From Eledone cirrhosa (lineage: Eukaryota), in contig OZ024745.1 in the NCBI GenBank assembly GCA_964016885.1, positions 41,850,001-41,914,000 on the forward strand: a stretch of 64,000 bases of DNA, written 5' to 3'. Of the stretch, positions 13,680 through 27,268 are shown one piece after another (positions within the stretch are counted from its first letter, which is position 1; each line of letters opens with the position of its first letter). The notes below the pieces were generated by a model. That model was given only the letters and a program-made list of their open reading frames with translations. It ran no database searches and was not told the origin of the DNA. The position numbers and the translations under genes were made by a program.

Positions 13680-13867
13680 GTGGATTGGCAGTATTGGTAG
13701 AGGGTTGGACGCCATGCTTTGAAGCATAGAGTTACGGCCCTTTCCATTCTGAGTTCAAATTCCGCCGAGGTTAACTTTGCCTTTCATCCTTACGGGGTCG
13801 ATAAAATAAAGTACCAGTAATACATTAGGTAATTGCTGGCCTTGTGCCAAAAGTAGAAACAATTATT
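13680..13867 (+). mobile_element. SINE family A, near full length
   Basis: GTGGATTGGCAGTATTGGTAG...GAGTTCAAATTCCGCCGAGG...AGTAGAAACAATTATT. Confidence 0.92.
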
Positions 13868-14004
13868 AGCATAAGGGTATGTTATACACAATCTACACAG
13901 TGAAACTAAATGTATGCTTATTTATACATAAATACATGCATACATACACATACACACACACATATATGTCCACTCACACAAAGATATATGCACTCGCAAG
14001 GAAA

Positions 14005-14055
<51 letters not shown>

Positions 14056-14704
14056 GTGTGTGTGTGTATATATATATATATACACACAGACACACAGACA
14101 CACACATACATATATGTATATATAACATATGCATATGTGTGTTCGTTTGTGTGTTTGTGTCCATTAATGAAATTCTAATAGAAATACATATAATCAGTGA
14201 TTACACTTATGTCAATGTAAATAATTAGACAGATAAAAGAAGATATCTATTAATGCGTAAAATTAGTTGAAAACATACATCTTGCTCTCTCTCCTTTTCC
14301 ACCTCACGTCATCTCTCTCTCTCTCTCTTATACACAAACACACACTTATGTAAACTCACATAAACACACACATACACACACTATCTTTCTCTCTACTTTT
14401 CGGACTCTTTTCCTCTATACTTCACAAAAATAGACACACAAGTGTATAAATATATCCAGATACTGCCAAGACAGACGCAGACATACACTAAGAAACTGAT
14501 AGGATGGAATAAGAACACAGTCTTAAGCCGATATGTACATATACATTAGCATATACACATATATATATATACGACGATAACGCAAACACACTGACAACAT
14601 ACACAATTTATAACACTTTAAACATTCGCCGCAAAATATAGGAGGATTTTGGTGAAGCTTTTTAAAAGGTTATAATATATATATATATATGTGTGTGTGT
14701 GTGT

Positions 14705-14767
<63 letters not shown>

Positions 14768-14768
14768 C

Positions 14769-15308
<540 letters not shown>

Positions 15309-15311
15309 TAT

Positions 15312-15408
<97 letters not shown>

Positions 15409-15867
15409 GTGCATATATATATATTAATCTTAGCTAACCTTTTAAAAAGCTTCACCAAAAACCTCCTATATTTGTAGACATATACATATATATTCAAAAT
15501 ATATTACATAATACATATCAGTAACTGTTGCTTATTCACCTATTTAAGGAATAGAAACTGTAATCAAAGGAATAGCAACAACAACAACAAGTTGTTTAAC
15601 ATAGTCCAGTAAGTGTTTAATTGGTAAGGTTGTTTGTTGGCAAAATGTTCTTTCTATATTTTACCGCTCGTTAGTTTACATCATAACTAAAATCCTTCAT
15701 GTGCGAATAAACACTAACACATACAGATGTACCTCACATTCTTATATACACATTAAAATTTGTTATATGCCAACATAAGCATACATACCTCGTTATACAC
15801 ACACAAACACACGCATATATGTATAAAGCAAAATCAGAATTTCGTTTTTCGCTCTGACATAATTTTG

Positions 15868-15949
<82 letters not shown>

Positions 15950-15980
15950 AAGTGGTTAGACAACAGTTAGTTCACCATAC

Positions 15981-16018
15981 CGAGAACAATTGTTTCACCT
16001 TAGCGGATCCTCAGCTCG
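15981..16018 (-). ncRNA. Minimal type I hammerhead-like motif
   Basis: CGAG-CUGAGGA-U-CC(GCUAA)GG-U-GAAA-CAAUUG-UU-CUCG; stem I CGAG/CUCG, palindromic stem III; stem II closure is non-canonical. Confidence 0.5.
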
Positions 16019-16147
16019 TAATGGACATGGTTATACGGAACAATTGTTCTGGGTATGGTGAACTAACTGTTGTGTAACCACTGCTACCTAACTCGTCCCA
16101 TGGACTGAGTGCTATACCACTACGGATATTACCTTCCAGTGTTCTAC

Positions 16148-16232
<85 letters not shown>

Positions 16233-16235
<3 letters not shown>

Positions 16236-16906
16236 CCTCATTCATTCTCAGCCCCACACTCATCGACACAGTCTCAACCTCATGCATCAAATCCTGTGCC
16301 CCCTTCACTGTGTTTGTCACCAAAACTATGTCGTCGGCAAATTCAGCATCCGATATCTTTTTCGCCTTAACTCTCCTGCTCTGAGCCGGTGCTACAGTAA
16401 AGCCAGAGTCCTGGTGTTTCTCCAGTGCAAGGCGCATACAATAGTCCACTACGATGATAAAAAGATAGGGAGCCAATATATCTCCCTGGAGCACTCCAGC
16501 CAGTATCTCAAAGAACTCTGTCATCCCATCAGGTGTAATGACTCGGGCTTAGGTGTTGGTGTAGAGCAGTGATATCAGGTCCACTATCTTCTTGGGGATT
16601 CCATAAGCCTGTAAGATCTTCATCAAGTAGTGACGGTCCACAGAATCAAAGGCCTTCTTAAAGTCAATGAAAACCATGATCGCAGGAAGGTACTTTGCTA
16701 TAGCTCCCTCTAATTCCTCCTCAGCATCAAGATGTGACTGGTGCTTGATCTTCCCTCTCTGAAGCCGTTCAAGTTATCCCTGAGCTTCTTCTCCATCTCG
16801 GGCTAGATCCTGTTAAGAATCATCCTGTTGAGGGTCTTTGCCACAAGTGACGTCAGTGAGATCCCCCTGTAGTTGTTGGTGTTAGAGAGATCTCCCTTCT
16901 TTGGGA
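16233..16906 (-). pseudogene. RTE-type non-LTR retrotransposon reverse transcriptase fragment (stops and frameshift)
   Basis: PKKGDLSNTNNYRGISL...NGFREGRS...FIDFKKAFDSV...GVLQGDILAPYLF...FADDIVL. Confidence 0.93.
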
Positions 16907-17081
16907 GCCCCTGCATGGACATACTGGAAGAGGAAGACCGAGGTTAACATATGTTGATGCCCTAAGTACAGATGCTCTGTTGGAGACGCAGGACATGGCA
17001 GCGATAACGAGAGAGAGAGAGACCACTGGAGAAAACTCGTCCATGGATCTCGTGAATTTTACCCGCCCTAGATAGATAGAT
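16902..17081 (+). mobile_element. RTE-type LINE 3' end with (TAGA)n tail
   Basis: [21 protein letters not shown], then CCCGCCCTAGATAGATAGATA; same family at 51854-52022 and 63845-64000. Confidence 0.88.
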
Positions 17082-17385
17082 ATATATATATATAGCATAA
17101 CTATGTTAGAGCGAAAATCAGAATTATAATTTTGCTGCTAATTTTCGGCAAAGTCAGCCATACAATTGCTCGGTATGCAAATAAACCTAATCAGCCGATA
17201 CTTTAGAGAATACTATATATTCTCAAGAGTTCTAGTGACTGGCAGAAAGAGATACACAATCTTAACAAAAGACAATAATCCAGAAACAACTCTGTCAATT
17301 GTTTCTCTGTGCCATCGCTAGAACAAATGAATGATCATGATTATCTAAAAAAAAATACAAGAATACATATAAAACTCACTAATAC

Positions 17386-17524
<139 letters not shown>

Positions 17525-18039
17525 AAGCATTATAGAAACTACTTAACATGGCCGCTGCAGCTTGATGATAACTGTGACCCCTATAAAGTACTTAGCATAA
17601 GCTAGGATATGATTTTGAAGGACGTGTGACATTTTATATTTTCTTGTGCAATATGGGTTTTTATGAATCATTTCCAATGTAAATTTATGGATTACGGTTG
17701 CTTGAGTTTGAATAAACCCCCGAATAATGAAAATATGGATAGAATTGCCGGTCCACTTTTTCCGCCACTAATGATTTACAGGACTAACTTGTTCAACTAT
17801 TTAATAGTTAAATATACGTTGCAAGAGATCTAGCATCTTATGTATTCTCATATTAAAGTCCCCAGACATCAAGATATACACAAAACACAATTATAATAAA
17901 TATTAGACGTTATGCAGATGAGACGGAGATTATGTTATGTTCATCGACGAATGATAGTGAGACTAGTAAAAATAAGAACAGATAAAAGACTATTTGAAGA
18001 AAAGAAGTATTTTTTATTTGAATGGAGCCCCATTGGTTT

Positions 18040-18262
18040 CAATGTTGAATGTTACATTAGTTCGATCAACGGAACAGCCTGTTCAAAAATTTAACAGTAT
18101 TCCACAGACAAGTGTACTCTTAACATAGTTCTTAAAGAGATTCAACCTAACACAGTGTGTGACAAAGCTGACTCTTTGAATTACATGTACAGTCCATCCG
18201 ATAGGATTCCAAATAAAGTCCATCTACCCAATTTCACTCACAAGGCATTGGTCGACCAATCG
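18040..18262 (-). mobile_element. Degraded SINE family B (body and 3' part)
   Basis: GTTCGATCAACGGAACAGCCTG...CACAGTGTGTGACAAAGCTG...TTTGAATTACA is the reverse complement of the 60220-60491 body. Confidence 0.6.
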
Positions 18263-19139
18263 GCACGGTTTGTAAGGTCAGAGTTGTATTTCGGAAGGAA
18301 GAGGCTGTTCTAAAGTTTTGAATATGGCGATGAACATAAAGATTGCATGCTTGAATTTATGGAACCAGATTTAATATAAGAATAATATGGTGAACCCAAA
18401 TGATACAGAAGCGACAAGGCAATATTTTTTTTTATGAACGAGCGTGATTAATAATTCCTCATGTGCGGTTTACGAATTAATATTTTGGTGAAGGTGTGTA
18501 TATAACAAATTGACGATGAGATTTTAAACTTGCCTTAAACATATAGTGCGTTTTAGAGATAAAGAAGAGAGGATGTGACCAGATGTATGAATTACGATAT
18601 TTGAAATTCGGAAAAGTACTGAGCTTTTGTTCGCTTCCAACAAAAGCGGAAGGAATCATCAATATCTATTATCAAAAGGTCTCAGAATAGCAGCAAACAC
18701 AGAAAAGGCAAGAAATAATTATATACGTATAGTAAATATCTTTGGGACTACATATGTGCTAAACAACGAGTGTAACATATTGTGTAAAGTATTAGTAATG
18801 TGGATATCATTTCTCACGGAGGATATATTTAAATCTGCTATCAAATTCCAGCATAAAAACTGTATGGATAAATATCTTAACCTAACATGAAGCATAATAG
18901 TGTGGATCTAGACTCGTCCGGGATAGATAATTCAAATTGTTTTGACGGGACAAACAATCAATATCTGGAGGTGGAATGTCTTCAAGGAAGATCGTCTCAC
19001 CCATTCATGGTCTGCAATGAGAGCTGGTCCTACTTTTTTAAATGTTTAGAATTAAGAGGTTATTAATAAGTCAGGATATCTTATTATTCAGTGTACACAC
19101 ACGCACCCCCAACACACACACGCACACGCACACACACAT

Positions 19140-19179
<40 letters not shown>

Positions 19180-19310
19180 CAGATAGGGTGTGGTAAAAAA
19201 CCAGGTGGACCACAACCCACCAGAGTACTCGATACTTGGCGTAGTAGAGTGGGTAATATGAAAAGATTCGGGACCCCGACGGCTGAGCTCTGGCCGTTTT
19301 GACAGCTAGA
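19180..19310 (-). mobile_element. Diverged member of the 14.8-kb repeat family, between (TA)n tracts
   Basis: ACCAGGTGGACC...ACCAGAGTACTCGATACTT...ACCCCGACGGCTGAGCTC. Confidence 0.7.
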
Positions 19311-19334
19311 CTCTGTATATAAATATATATATAA

Positions 19335-19398
<64 letters not shown>

Positions 19399-20141
19399 CA
19401 AGAAGTGTAAGTCAACAGGTTAAAATTAACTTCGTTTATTCATATTCGCTGTTATATATATATTTCGAAAGTTATATCGACTTGAGGTTTCTCGGCATTG
19501 AAGTTTCTAGGATTTGAAAGGGTCGATTTAATATGCCGTATATATTCAACTAGTTTTTTATGTCTGGTAGAAATCTTTTAACTTCTTTGATGTTAGAAAT
19601 GCTTTTTGGAACGGCATATATATATATCACACCTTCCAAAATTCTTCTTCTAACATAAAGAAATTCCACGTTTTTCAAACAGAAAATAATTCTCTATATG
19701 TAGTAAAAAAAAGAGAACGATGAAATATTTCAAGGATAGATGAGATGAAAGAGTGAATGTATTTATAGACATTTTATGTTTAGTTATATAAGGCTCGATT
19801 TGTTGGTAGCTATAAAACTATGGTATTACTAAATGAAAACACTAAACAAATTACTGACTACATAGACAGAAGTGACAAGGTGAGAACTGCACTGAGACAT
19901 TGTCAGAATGCTAGAATAAGGCTTCTCGGTGCATTTATGAATGGTTGACTTCACAAAGCAATCAGTTCTGGAGCGATTCACAAAAGTTCAGAGTCGAGAT
20001 CAATTGACAATATCACTTTGATGTCCATTCCTTTTATTTCTAGCTGTTGCTTAATGTAAGTTTGTTTGAATATCTGTTTGGTTTCAGATCGAGCTATTTA
20101 TTTGTATGACTTATGTCTATTTGTCTGTCTGTCTGTCTATT

Positions 20142-20208
<67 letters not shown>

Positions 20209-20400
20209 GGAAAAAATGAAACAAAATTTCATTTCCCACTCTTAGTACGGCTGTTACTTAAATATAAGTATGTACACATACATATATATATATAATTGGA
20301 AAATAGTAAAATCGAATATCTGGCGGTTTGCAAGTAAATTCGGCCTACTTATATGAAATGATGAGTTAGCAAAGCACTCGATAAGTTGGGGCCTTAGAGT

Positions 20401-20593
20401 AATAACTGTTTCTACTTTAGGCACAAGGCCAGCAATTACCCAGTGCATTACTGGTACTTTATTTTATCGACCCCGTAAGGATGAAAGGCAAAGTCAACCT
20501 CGGCGGGATTTGAACTCAGATCGTAAAGGGACGTAACTATGCTAGAAAGCATGGCGTCCAACCTTCTACCGATACTGCCAATTCACCGCCCTT
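20401..20593 (-). mobile_element. SINE family A, full length, with TSD
   Basis: TSD CCTTAGAGTAATAAC at 20392-20406 and 20590-20604. Confidence 0.94.
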
Positions 20594-20870
20594 AGAGTAA
20601 TAACATACGTTTAAATAGCTTGACAAATCGAACATTGTGGTAGGCGAATCTAACACACAATATATACCAAAGTAACGATAGAACTAATCAGGTTGAGAAA
20701 AAATACACCTGGCAAATCAAACGATCAATCGTTTAAAGTGTTTCTTTGAATCCGAAATCAAATATCAGACTTACGTGACTGGCAAGCTCGTGGTATTCAT
20801 GATCGAACGGAGGATTCAGTTTTTCAACAGGATTTTCGTTCTACCAAGTGATAAGCGATAAGCTATAAGC

Positions 20871-20912
20871 ACCACTGACGATGTTGCAGATGTGCAACGA
20901 AAGAACTTTGAT
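20871..20912 (+). ncRNA. Hammerhead-like motif in a Penelope-like terminus (element continues to ~21120)
   Basis: CUGACGA-U-GUUGCA(GAUG)UGCAAC-GAAA-GAACUUUGAU; 3' terminus ATGACCCTCCCCAAGTATAACAATA(TA)n shared with 57829-57855. Confidence 0.55.
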
Positions 20913-22031
20913 AAACTATATATATGTGTTTGTGTCTATATTGTATCTGTATTTTTTACCGTTGGTCAGTCAATGGTTACATTGAGGACCGAATAAATTA
21001 AATTAACCGATATAAAAGACACAGAAGCGAAAAGCGAAAACTAACCAAACAGTGAGTGTGTTCTGTTATTAATTATGGCAATATTACACAAATATGACCC
21101 TCCCCAAGTATAACAATATATATATATATATAGCAACTAGATTTCATAATAAATATCCAGTAGGTAAAGCACTCAGTCCGAAGAGTGAGAACGTGGCTGG
21201 ATACATATATATTTTTATATATATAAGTGTTTGCATGTATACATACATATATACTTACATATACAAATATATTTATATATTTATCTATCTAACCTTCCTA
21301 TAACAAATAAATGTAAAATCTACAAACACACACGCACACATGTACATGCACACTCACACACACACACATATATATATATACACACACACATACACACGCA
21401 CATATACACAAATACATATAATGCAAAGGAAATATCACATGAAAATAACTCGAGCTATACATAATAAACATAGAGAAAAAGTCGACGTGAACCCTACGAC
21501 TTCAAATATAAGAGTTTCAAGTGATTTCCTTCAAACTCTTGCATACAAAAGAAATATAGAAGAACCAGAATAATGGAATGTGCTGTCTGATCTCCGAACT
21601 CTCTTCCTCAAAGTCACGCATCAAAGAACCTATTCAGTAGCAGTCAGAAATCAGCGGTTCTTTAGACTATTTCGAGTGGTTCGTAGGTGCTTTGGCATTC
21701 TATTATATTTCATATTTTTATTAATGTAAAAGCTGCGATATATGTCCCCAACATTGAACCAGCCAAAACTCGCATTGAGTAAAAAAAAAAAAAGGTTAGC
21801 TAAATTCGTGTTTTCTTGTATGTCTTTTTATCTACAATAAAATATGCTTCTTCGATAGTCTCACTTATTTTTCCTTTTAGGTAAAAAGGGTTCTTCAGAT
21901 TGGAAAGTTTCCCGACCCCAGCTATGTAACAATAGTTTGTTATTTAATTATATAACTCTTTCTCATTCTGTTTACATAGCTTAGCTAAAGATATCCCACA
22001 ATAAGGTAACTGGATTTTAGTCTTCACATTT

Positions 22032-22213
22032 ATTGGCAGTATCGGTAGAGGGTCGGACGCCATGCTTTCCAGCATAGTTACGTCCCTTTACGATCTGAGT
22101 TCAAATCCCGCCGAGGTTGACTTTGCCTTTCATCCTTACGGGGTCGATAAAATAAAGTACCAGTAATGCACTGGGTATTTGCTGCCCTTATGCCTAAAAT
22201 AGAAACAATTATT
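22032..22213 (+). mobile_element. SINE family A
   Basis: ATTGGCAGTATCGGTAGAGGG...AATAGAAACAATTATT. Confidence 0.92.
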
Positions 22214-22230
22214 ACTATATATATATATAT

Positions 22231-22268
<38 letters not shown>

Positions 22269-22544
22269 GTGAAGAGAGGGGGCTGTGTAGTTGCTGGAAT
22301 GTATACTTAAAAATAAGAAGAAAGCATGAACGGGAGAAAGTGTTCCTTCATCGGTTGTCTGCTGGGGGTCTCGGCTATTTCTACGCATTAAAGACAAGAT
22401 ATATTACCCCAGTGCGTTCAATAATTATGTAAGTTGTTGGAAAACAAAGGAAGGGGAGAAAGAAAGTATAGGATGACAGAAGGTAAAAGGGAAGAAAAGA
22501 GAAAAGAGAAAAGCAATAAATCGAAGTGTGTGTGAGCAACTCGA

Positions 22545-22611
<67 letters not shown>

Positions 22612-22718
22612 TGTAGAAGTTATATTTAATTTGTTGGGATACAACAAGCAAATATTTTATGGTCGCACTCTTTAAGGGTATGTCAATATTTGTTTATAAA
22701 ACTGATCTATATTATATT

Positions 22719-22773
22719 TTATCTGATGAAAGCGCACCATAATTTGCTTTGGTGTCCTTGAAATATGTATAAT
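22719..22773 (+). ncRNA. Degenerate hammerhead-like motif
   Basis: CUGAUGA-AAGCGCACCA(loop)UGGUGUCCUU-GAAA-UAUGUA; 9 of 10 pairs in stem II; (TA)n about 50 nt downstream. Confidence 0.35.
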
Positions 22774-22817
22774 GAAATAAATATGGTTTTATAAATATAG
22801 TTTCCATTTGTTAATAT

Positions 22818-22822
<5 letters not shown>

Positions 22823-22902
<80 letters not shown>

Positions 22903-22921
22903 AGAGAGAAAAAGTGAGAGA

Positions 22922-22962
<41 letters not shown>
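22823..22962. repeat. (TA)n-(GA)n compound microsatellite
   Basis: Directly visible. Confidence 0.95.
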
Positions 22963-22965
<3 letters not shown>

Positions 22966-23276
22966 TACGGAGTATAGTTCATATAGCTTTGTTTGCAGTG
23001 TAGAAGAAACAATGCGTTTAGTATTGCTATCTGAGTAGAATATGCTTCGCCGAGGCGGAGTTTAATTATATCAGAACATGTCCGTTGATTTCTCTAGTTG
23101 GCTTTAAAAACCGATTTTAATCTGTATGGTGTATAATGTCCAAACATTTCGATCAACTGACACTGTTTGAGTTAACTTCAATGTCTTAAACATTCTTAAA
23201 GAGATTTGTCTTCTATTAATTCGTTGGAGAAATTCAGTGGATAGATATCTAGCTCATTATATTACATATGTAATAT

Positions 23277-23862
23277 AAGGCGGTGGATTGGCAGTATCGG
23301 TAGAGGGTCGGGCGTCATGCTTTGAAGCATAGAGTTACTTCCCTTTATGATCTGAGTTCAAATCCCGCCGAGGTTAACTTTGCCTTTCATCCTTACGGGG
23401 TCGATAAAATAAAGTACCAGTAATGAACTGGGTTATTGCTGGCCTTGTGCCGAAAGTAGAAACAATTATATTACATATGTAATATATGTATCGCAGTACA
23501 TTGGCAGTATCGGTAGAGGGTCGGACGCCAAGCTTTGACGCATAGAGTTACGGCCCTTGCCATTCTGAGTTCAAATCCCGCCGAGGTTAACTTTGCCTTT
23601 CATCTTTACGGGGTCGATAAAATAAAGTACCAGTAATGCATTGGGATAATTGCTGGCCTGGTGCCAAAAGTAGAAACAATTATATTACATATGTAATATA
23701 TGTATCGCAGTACATTGGCAGTATCGGTAGAGGGTCGGACGCCAAGCTTTGACGCATAGAGTTACGGTCCTTGCCATTCTGAGTTCAAATCCCGCCGAGG
23801 TTAACTTTGCCTTTCATCTTTACGGGGTCGATAAAATAAAGTACCAGTAATGCTGGCCTTGT
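23277..23862 (+). mobile_element. Head-to-tail triplet of SINE family A
   Basis: Copies at ~23277-23468, 23500-23682 and 23714-23862 (3' deleted), with repeated linker TATATTACATATGTAATATATGTATCGCAGTAC. Confidence 0.92.
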
Positions 23863-24349
23863 TTATATTACATATGTATTTATATTACATTTATATTACA
23901 TATGTATTTAATACTCTGAGGTATTTCCCCTTTGACATATCATAGATGAAGTAGTATTAGACTTCATAATACAGTCCTCCTAACAACATTACGAAAATTG
24001 TTCTAGAAATGCCTAATATATATTCGAAAAATACAATACATTAAGGAATATATTTCCACACAATCTGTCGAAATTTGATTAATGTATAACATATAATATC
24101 TAATTATGCACATTAAGAAACAATGACTCAGACATTTCTAGATTTGCACGCAAATATTCAATTCCTTGTAATTAGGAAATTGTTTCCGTTATTCTAAAGG
24201 TATATCCTTCCATATTTCTGATGAAACACCACATACTCTCTGCACTCGTTAGTCAAATATATCTCATAGATGACTATTTTTACTGAAAATATATTTCTCT
24301 CTTGCATATTTCATGTTTGTCACAGATTGTCTAATAAATACAAATATAT

Positions 24350-24620
24350 GTTTCTTTTATTTGCCACTAGGGCATCAAAAGTGGGACAAGTACAAAGGGG
24401 GGAGTTTACACAAAAAGGCGTCCTCAATAAGGAGGAGGCGATAACAAAATATAAAAATAAAATAAGATATAACAAAAAATAAAATTTTTAACAAAATCCT
24501 CAATAGAGAGGAGGCGCCTTGGGGGGTCGCACACACCCCCGAAAAAAGTGTGCAACCCTTCTCCTCAGGAGCACAGAGAAGGGGTGCTCCCTTGGTCTTT
24601 CATCTTCCTCACCTATAGTC
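24350..24620 (-). mobile_element. Probable LINE 3' UTR, GC-rich and structured
   Basis: Minus strand ends ...GCCCTAGTGGCAAATAAAAGAAAA; contains overlapping complementary GC stems. Confidence 0.4.
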
Positions 24621-26666
24621 TGATACAAATATACATAAATACAAATATACACATGAAAACATACGCATTCACACATGTATAAGCGTGCACGTACACACAC
24701 ACACACACACACACAGAAAAACAAAAGAAACTTGCAAGTATACGAGAAGTCTTTATAATAAAGATATCCTAGAAATAGCAACCAAATCTCTCTCAAATCA
24801 GCAAATGGTGATATTTAAGGCGAGCTGAATTAAGAATAATTTGTGAACTTCAAATGAAGGAGTAATCTAAAAAGAAAGAAAATTCAAAGCCTTTAATCAT
24901 AGTGCTGTGCTTCAACGGAGCTGGCCTGGGGTTAAACAACACTAACAAAGTGAAACATATATACATTGCATACACAGTTCTATAGCTCCAACTAACTATA
25001 GTTCTTCGATTCAATTTTTTCATTACTTTTGTCGAAAATGATATATGGAATCATTTATCCCCCAAGCAAATCCTATAACGTGCACTTTCGATGTAAATCT
25101 TCAAATATTTATTAAATTATAGTCAATGTATTCAAACCTAGTATATTTTATTCCTTATTCAATAGACTCTCGTCAGATGAAAGTCTAAAGATTTAAAGGT
25201 CGGATTCGAACAGAAACAAAGATTCGAACAACCCCCACTCGATGTTCTATTTTTTCTTTCTTCTTGTTATTTACTTTAATCCTTTTTATAAAAAGAATTC
25301 TTTCATCAATTTATAAATCTGTTCAACAATGTATCTGCCGTGTCTTTTATTTAATCAATTTTTATATCAATTACAATGAAATTGCAGAGATGGTAAAACG
25401 CTCGTGCTCGACGCAACATCTAGCATTTAGTTGCTTACTTATGCGTTCAAATCTCGTGAGGTATAACCAAAATATCAGAAATGGACACGCAAGTTCTAAA
25501 TTATACAATTGTTTAGCATTCAGTGAATGACATGGTTACATCTAACAATCGAAACTAGATAGAAGGACATTTCCATTAAAAGCCTATCACAATGCATCGA
25601 ATTTGCCATCATTTCTTGGAAAAATTTCCAATAATTTGTGTATATATTCATATCCATAAAGTAAGATGTTGATTTGGTATAATCTCCCAGTAAGCCAGCA
25701 CATAATAACTGTAATGTCATTAATATCTGTAGGAAAAGCATGGGCACCACAAAAGCCCGCTCTTATAAAAATATTTATCTTGTACTGAGTCAAAATAAGT
25801 AAATTTGTATCGACGGCTGGATTAAAAAACAAAAGTTTTATTAGATTTTGATTTCTTCATATGTAGAAACATGTATAAGCAGAGATAGGATATCATAATC
25901 CCAGAATACCTTGCGGTGAATACATTAACAACTGTTTCACAAGGTTGTGTACTTTTATTAACATTCTATGACATGAGAGCGGAAATCAGTGTTTCCGTTG
26001 CACACGACGCTGGATTAGATTTAGTACCATTTATCTTTGTAATCAAATTAATACACAAAATCTACCTCCATTTTCTATTTCCTTTCTTTTTTTCCGAATA
26101 TCAAACAAACACGCTATAATGAACGTAGTAATTAACGTTATTGTTCGTAAAACACCAACGGTGCGAGCAATAGCGAAGCTGTGTGAAGTATCATAATATA
26201 ATAATGAACTAGATAACCTTAGATAAATGATCAATATTAGAGCTGTACTGACAGTGTTTGATTGGAAAATGTGTTTCCGTTTCTTTTTGCTTTTAATATA
26301 TAATTTACATGATATCGTACGGATTACCACGGATAAAGTAGATGATAATCACGGATTCAGTGACTCCTGATGTATCCAGACAGAGTGAAACCAAACTCAA
26401 CATGTAATGGTTCTGTTCTAATGGTATTGGAGAGGTATAAACTTCACTACCGTCAGTTTGACGGCTAAAACAACAATCTTATTTCCTTGTCATCCAAATC
26501 ATTCTCCCAAATCTCTCTTTCACACACACACACACACACATACATACACACACACTCTCTCTCTCTCTATCTCTCTCTCTATCCCTCTCTCCGTCTCTCT
26601 CTTTCTCTCTATCCCTCTCTCCGTCTCTCTCTCTCTCTCTCTCTCTCTCGCTCTCTCTCTCTCTGA

Positions 26667-27050
26667 GAAATAGCACACAGAGAAGGGTGGATAGAGAGCA
26701 TCCTTGACGCACCGAGCGGGTGAACTGAAACAATACCGATATGTGTCCATTTACTTTGTCTACCAAACATATGCCACTGTGTATTGCAGTGATCCAGCCC
26801 TCTGAAAACGGGACCAAAACTGGGTGCCTTGAGGATGGCCTCCAGGTATCAATATTGTAGCTTATCGAAAGTTTTCGATTGATCCAAATTTATCAGAGCC
26901 CCACCGAAGCCATGTCTACTCCCTACCCTCTCTATGATGTATAGCATGAGGTGAAGAGTGTTGTGAATCACTGTGGTCGGGATTGCATACCTTTACGCCT
27001 CCCCTACCTGATTATTAAGGACAAGCGCACACCTCGTTGCTAGTACCAAT
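26667..27050 (-). pseudogene. L1/Tx1-type reverse transcriptase fragment
   Basis: GGALINLDQSKTFDK...FGPVF...WI...VNGHIS..FQFTRSVRQGCSLSTLL, matching the D.xKAFD and VRQGCPLSPLL motifs; stops and frameshifts present. Confidence 0.85.
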
Positions 27051-27268
27051 GCCAATAGAGAAGATATAATAAAAGATAAAACAACTAAATGTGCTTCATG
27101 ATAGAGATAGCAATACCTGCTGATTGCATAATGCCTTTTAAGATATTTGAAAAAATTTCAAATTACAAGGATCTTAAAATAGGAATTCAAAATATGTGAA
27201 GTATGAAAGCCATCAATATTCCTGTTATAGTTGGAGCACTGGGCCTGATAAAAGAAGGAACTGAAAAG
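27051..27268 (+). pseudogene. Restriction-like endonuclease fragment of an R4/Dong-like non-LTR retrotransposon
   Basis: Manual translation CFMIEIAIPADCIMPFKIFEKISNYKDLKIGIQNM*SMKAINIPVIVGALGLIKEG, preceded by ANR.DII.DK. Confidence 0.78.
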
